Translations under genes and position numbers: made by a program
Shown here: positions 27,473-30,993 of the stretch, one piece after another
Layout of the letters: the number at the start of each line of letters is the position of its first letter
Position numbering within the stretch: the stretch's first letter is position 1
Assembly (NCBI GenBank): GCA_964490075.1
Contig: CAZBBK010000004.1
Location: forward strand, 124,001-154,993
DNA length: 30,993 nt
Source of the DNA: an uncultured Gemmatimonadota bacterium
Lineage (GTDB): Bacteria > GCA-2686955
Direction: 5' to 3'
Notes under the pieces: model-generated
The model's database searches: none
Told to the model about the DNA's origin: nothing
Seen by the model: the letters and a program-made list of their open reading frames with translations, nothing else

Positions 27473-28423
27473 TCAGCGCAAGACGTCCTTGACGATGTAG
27501 CTCGGGCGGTTCTGCACCTGGTTGAAGATCTTGCCCAGGTAGACGCCGACGACCCCCAGGCCGGTGGTCAGCAGGCCTAGGCTGAGCGACAGGAAGGCCA
27601 TGATCGAGGTGAAGCCGAGCAGGGTGTCGTCGAAGATCAGTTTGCGCAGCACCAGGTAGGCGACGAACACCAGGCTCAAAAATGTGACGCTGACTCCAGA
27701 GTAGAACAACCACACCAGAGGCTGCGAAGAGAACGAGCTGACGGCATTGACCATCAGGCGCAGCCTCCTGCCCAGGGTGTAGGTGCTGCTCCCGGCGCGT
27801 TGCTCCTTGGCGATCGGGATGCCGACCCGATCGAATCCGGTCCAGCTCAGCATTCCCGCCATGAATACGTTGTGATCGCCCATCTGTAACAGGGCGTCGA
27901 CGAAGCGCCGCGTCATCAGGCATTCGGTCAGGATGTTCTCGGGGATGTTGGTGTCGCTCAGCCAGTTGAAGCCCTTGTAGAAGAGCTCGCCGCTGCACCG
28001 TTCGAACCAGCTCCCTTTGCGGGCTTGCTGGTAGCCGTACACCATGTCGTAGGCCCGTTCCTTGTGCTTGCGATAAAACTCGACGAGCACCGAGGGAAGG
28101 ACTTCGAGATCGCAGTCGATCATGAAGACCAGCTCTCCACGGCAGTGCCTCAATCCGGCCAGCAAGGCGTGATGGTGGCCGAAGTTGCGGGAGAGATCGA
28201 CCACCACCAGCTGCGCGATGTCTTGCTTGCGCTGCGCCAGGTAGGCGACGGAGTCGTCCGGCGAACCATCGTTGACCAGGAGGATCTCGAAGTCCTCGCA
28301 GCCAATCTCCGCCACCGCGTCGAGACAGCCGCGCAGAAACTCCTCGAGGAAGGGGCGGGAGCGGTAGAGCGTAGAGACGATGCTCAGCTCTGGCCGTCGG
28401 CGGCTCTGCTCTGTCTGATTCAT
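27473..28423 (-). CDS. GT2 polyprenol-phosphate glycosyltransferase (GtrB/ArnC-like)
   Basis: LVNDGSPDDS, LSRNFGHH, MIDCDLE, two C-terminal TMs, YLGKIF...NRPSYIV. Confidence 0.92.
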   Translation of the reverse strand: MNQTEQSRRRPELSIVSTLYRSRPFLEEFLRGCLDAVAEIGCEDFEILLVNDGSPDDSVAYLAQRKQDIAQLVVVDLSRNFGHHHALLAGLRHCRGELVFMIDCDLEVLPSVLVEFYRKHKERAYDMVYGYQQARKGSWFERCSGELFYKGFNWLSDTNIPENILTECLMTRRFVDALLQMGDHNVFMAGMLSWTGFDRVGIPIAKEQRAGSSTYTLGRRLRLMVNAVSSFSSQPLVWLFYSGVSVTFLSLVFVAYLVLRKLIFDDTLLGFTSIMAFLSLSLGLLTTGLGVVGVYLGKIFNQVQNRPSYIVKDVLR

Positions 28424-28571
28424 GGCGATGCTGGTGTTCGGTTCCGGGTCTGGTGACGCCGCCAGGGTCTTCGCCGGGCCTCCGGGCGAGACAGTCGCCC
28501 GAGTCTACTCAATGATCGCCTCTCCGCGTGACCGCGCTGCTCGATCCGGTCCCCGGGGTGATTGGTCCCGG

Positions 28572-30374
28572 TTACTCCTCGATCAACACGCGCAGCGTCG
28601 ACACGGCGGGCGGCTCTCCGCCCTCGGTCTCGACCATGCCCTCGATGATGGCGACACCAAGCGTGTCTTCGGGCGCCGGCGCGAAGCGGAACGAGCGACC
28701 GACGGACTGGCGCGGGCGCAATCTGAATTGCGTCTCGCCGGAGATCTCGCGCACGCTGCTGTCGGGCAGGTGCGCCACGACGCGGCCCACGCCGGAGCGC
28801 GGCACGGTGTCGGTGTTCTCGACCAGCATCTGAAGCTCGAGCGCGGCACCGCGGGCGACGCGCGGCTCCGCCTTCGGCAGCAGCAGCACCGAGAAGGGGG
28901 GATCGTGCTCGCGCTCCTCGAGCCGCACCGAGTCGATGGTCCAGCCGTCGGCGGTGTTGGAGTGGCTGCGGGCGTCGAGGCGAAAGCGCAGCCGCAGCGC
29001 CCCCTCGCCGACGAAGGGGCTGAGATCGACCGTCCGGCGCGCCCAGTCGGGATTGGAGGCGAGATAGTGCGAAAACACTTCCTCCCAGGTCTCGCCGAAG
29101 TCGCGAGAGATCTCGGCCACGCCCTTGTCGTAGTGGGTCAGGTCGAAATGATCCCAGAAGACCAGGCGCGGCGAGCGGGCGCGGCGCAGATCGAGCAGGT
29201 AGGCGAGTGTCGCGGTGTGGTTGCCGCCATCGATATAGTTGCCGCCAGGACTGTCGTCGAGGACGTGGGTGCCGACGTAGGCGTCGGCGACGGTGGTGAT
29301 GGCCCAGTCCCCCTCGATCTCCCAGCCGTCGGTGCGACACTCGAAGCTGTCGCTGCCGGGGGGAGTAATGGTCACCAGCGGCGCATCACGGAACGCGATG
29401 TTGTCGATCGACCAGCCCGCGGCGGTGTTGGAATGGGAGCGGGCGTCGAGACGGAAACGCACCATCACGGCGCCCTCGCCGCGATAGAGGTCGAGGTTGA
29501 CGGTGCGGCGATGCCAGTCGGCGTTGCTGAACAGATAGTGGTCGAACACCGGCTCCCAGGTCCATCCCAGGTCGGTCGAGATCTCGATGACGCCGCGGTC
29601 GTAGTGGGTCAAATCGTAGCGATCGTCGAAGCTCAGGCGCGGGTTGAGCGCCTGGCTGAGATCGACCGCGAAGCCGGAGGTGAGGGTGTGGTTGCCGCCG
29701 TCGATATAGTTGGCGCCCGGCGAATCGCAGAATCCGAGACTGCCGGCCGCGGCAGCCTCGGCGGCGACCGCCCAGTCGCCATCGGGCATCCAGTCCAGTC
29801 CCCCGTCCTCGAAGCCGTCCACGACCGGGGTGGCGCGGACCGGAACGCGGCGGTCGAAGAGCTTGATGTCGTCGACATACCAGCCGTCGGCGGTGTTGGA
29901 GTGGGAGCGCGCGTCGAGACGGAAACGCAGCCAGACCCGCTCGTTGCCCGCCAGCTCGCGCAGGTCGGCCACCCGGTGCGCCCAGTCGAGATTGGTGAAG
30001 AGGTAGTGCTCGTGCACGACCCGCCAGGTCTCGCGCTCGTCGATCGACATCTCGACCAGGCCGCGGTCGTAGTGGGTGAGGGTGTAGCGATCCCAGAACT
30101 GCAGCGTGGGCAGGGTGGTTCCCGAGAGGTCGATCGGCTCGTCGAGCATGAAGGTGTAGTCGGTGCCGTCGACGTAGTTGCCGATCGGGCTGTCGGTGGC
30201 GCACCACAGCCCCTGGTGCGCGGCGCTGGAGACCACGGTCCAGTCACCGTCGGATTCCCAGCGCTCACCGCCGCTCTCGAAGCCCTCGACGAGGGGAAGT
30301 GGGAGAAGGGCACCGGCGCGCGGTGCCAACGATGCGATAGATGCCGTGACGGCGAGCAGTCTGAGACGGTGCAT
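28572..30374 (-). CDS. Secreted protein with three tandem ~156-aa MAM/InhA-like jelly-roll repeats and a C-terminal Ig-like domain
   Basis: Signal peptide (..APRAGA); three copies of FE..W...GDW...DSP.GNY.DG...LTHYD(R/K)G...HYL..N.DW...RFRLDARSHSNTA(D/A)GW..D; GGAGG RBS. Confidence 0.8.
   Translation of the reverse strand: MHRLRLLAVTASIASLAPRAGALLPLPLVEGFESGGERWESDGDWTVVSSAAHQGLWCATDSPIGNYVDGTDYTFMLDEPIDLSGTTLPTLQFWDRYTLTHYDRGLVEMSIDERETWRVVHEHYLFTNLDWAHRVADLRELAGNERVWLRFRLDARSHSNTADGWYVDDIKLFDRRVPVRATPVVDGFEDGGLDWMPDGDWAVAAEAAAAGSLGFCDSPGANYIDGGNHTLTSGFAVDLSQALNPRLSFDDRYDLTHYDRGVIEISTDLGWTWEPVFDHYLFSNADWHRRTVNLDLYRGEGAVMVRFRLDARSHSNTAAGWSIDNIAFRDAPLVTITPPGSDSFECRTDGWEIEGDWAITTVADAYVGTHVLDDSPGGNYIDGGNHTATLAYLLDLRRARSPRLVFWDHFDLTHYDKGVAEISRDFGETWEEVFSHYLASNPDWARRTVDLSPFVGEGALRLRFRLDARSHSNTADGWTIDSVRLEEREHDPPFSVLLLPKAEPRVARGAALELQMLVENTDTVPRSGVGRVVAHLPDSSVREISGETQFRLRPRQSVGRSFRFAPAPEDTLGVAIIEGMVETEGGEPPAVSTLRVLIEE
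28915..30296 (-). repeat. Intragenic triple repeat with a period of about 470 bp
   Basis: DNA block GGCGGTGTTGGA(G/A)TGG recurs near 28950, 29422 and 29889. Confidence 0.85.
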
Positions 30375-30756
30375 GATGGAGCCCTCCCTGGGGGTCCGCG
30401 CTGCCTCCGGCGGGCTGTCGGGTAGGAGGCCAGGAGGTGGAGCGCGGGCGCCTGTCCGAATGGACCGACTTCTGCAAGATATGGAGGCACCGCGTCCTTG
30501 TCACCATTCCCCGAAAAAGGGGTCCGGCCCGAAAGCGGGAATCGGATGCGGATTGTGGGGCGCTGCCCTCACTCCGCGTCAATGCGCCGCCTGCGCGAGC
30601 TCTGCCGCGTGCTCACCGCCGAGGGCGAGGTTGCCGCGCTGCATTTCTCCTGCGAGGGGGCCAGGCCTTCCCCGCCTCGGTCATTCTCTGCGGCCTGCGC
30701 GACGTGCGTGATTACAGGGCCGCCTCGGGCGGCGACCCGACCCGCCTCGGCACCGC

Positions 30757-30993
30757 CCCTGGCTGGTCAACGCGCTGGAGCGCGAGGTGGTCGACGAGAT
30801 GGGGATCTCCGCACCGACGCCGATCACCATCGAGCACCTCGACGAGGCCAAGGAGCGGCTGATCCTGGCGCGCGCCACCCACCTCGATTCTCTGGTGAGC
30901 AAGCTGCACGAGGATCGGGTGCGGCGGGTGATCGCGCGGCTGATCGCCGATCTTCCGGATGGGCCGCGTCGGTCCCTTGCGCGCGGAGAGGCG
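30757..30993 (+). pseudogene. Internal fragment of an AAA-like ATPase gene
   Basis: PWLVNALEREVVDE...ITIEHLDEAKERLILARATHLDSLVSKLHEDRVRRVI; in-frame TGA at 30709, and no Walker A or start codon upstream of the homologous block. Confidence 0.6.

Noticed and set aside
28915-30296. Repeats as a CRISPR array or DGR template/variable pair
   Set aside because: They are in-frame protein domain repeats with synonymous variation; no cas or reverse transcriptase gene is present.
579-30425. Many long antisense or alternate-frame ORFs (e.g. 579-2456-, 6112-8925-, 9605-12115-, 20535-22841+, 22964-24805+, 28422-30425+)
   Set aside because: Shadows of real genes caused by high GC and stop-codon scarcity; Arg/Pro/Gly-rich with no motifs.
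30461-30476. Possible sigma54 box TGGACCGACTTCTGCA on the plus strand
   Set aside because: Several mismatches to consensus, and it points only at a gene remnant.
1-30993. Genome-wide TAG reassignment
   Set aside because: TAG ends several genes at natural positions immediately before the next start (2222, 11944, 26400).

Overview
A very GC-rich bacterial chromosomal window with no rRNA, tRNA, CRISPR or transposase; the lineage cannot be determined from the sequence alone. It is dominated by cell-envelope and secreted-protein genes. These are a partial GT-C membrane glycosyltransferase, a secreted Cys-rich beta-helix gene plus an FG-GAP gene, and a translationally coupled methyltransferase / ArnT-HEAT fusion / GT4 / GT-C operon. 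A compositionally distinct island (about 11.5-15.4 kb) follows, then a GT4, a sigma54-type hsp20, a transglutaminase-S8 peptidase-pabC-pabB operon, a small Zn-ribbon-like gene, acyl-CoA dehydrogenase, GNAT, GT2, a secreted triple-repeat protein and an AAA-ATPase remnant. Three observations stand out. (1) The island pairs a stand-alone lipoyl-domain-like protein, whose attachment hairpin has TDC instead of TDK and no Lys, with an FkbH-methyltransferase fusion interrupted by one in-frame TAG and a tandem SGNH-like protein; no ACP is present. (2) A 7-bp tandem repeat in the signal-peptide codons of the beta-helix gene puts it out of frame, and removing one unit restores a textbook signal peptide. 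(3) A 150-bp element with 37-bp inverted arms sits at the island edge. All functional calls come from motif recognition by eye; no searches were run.
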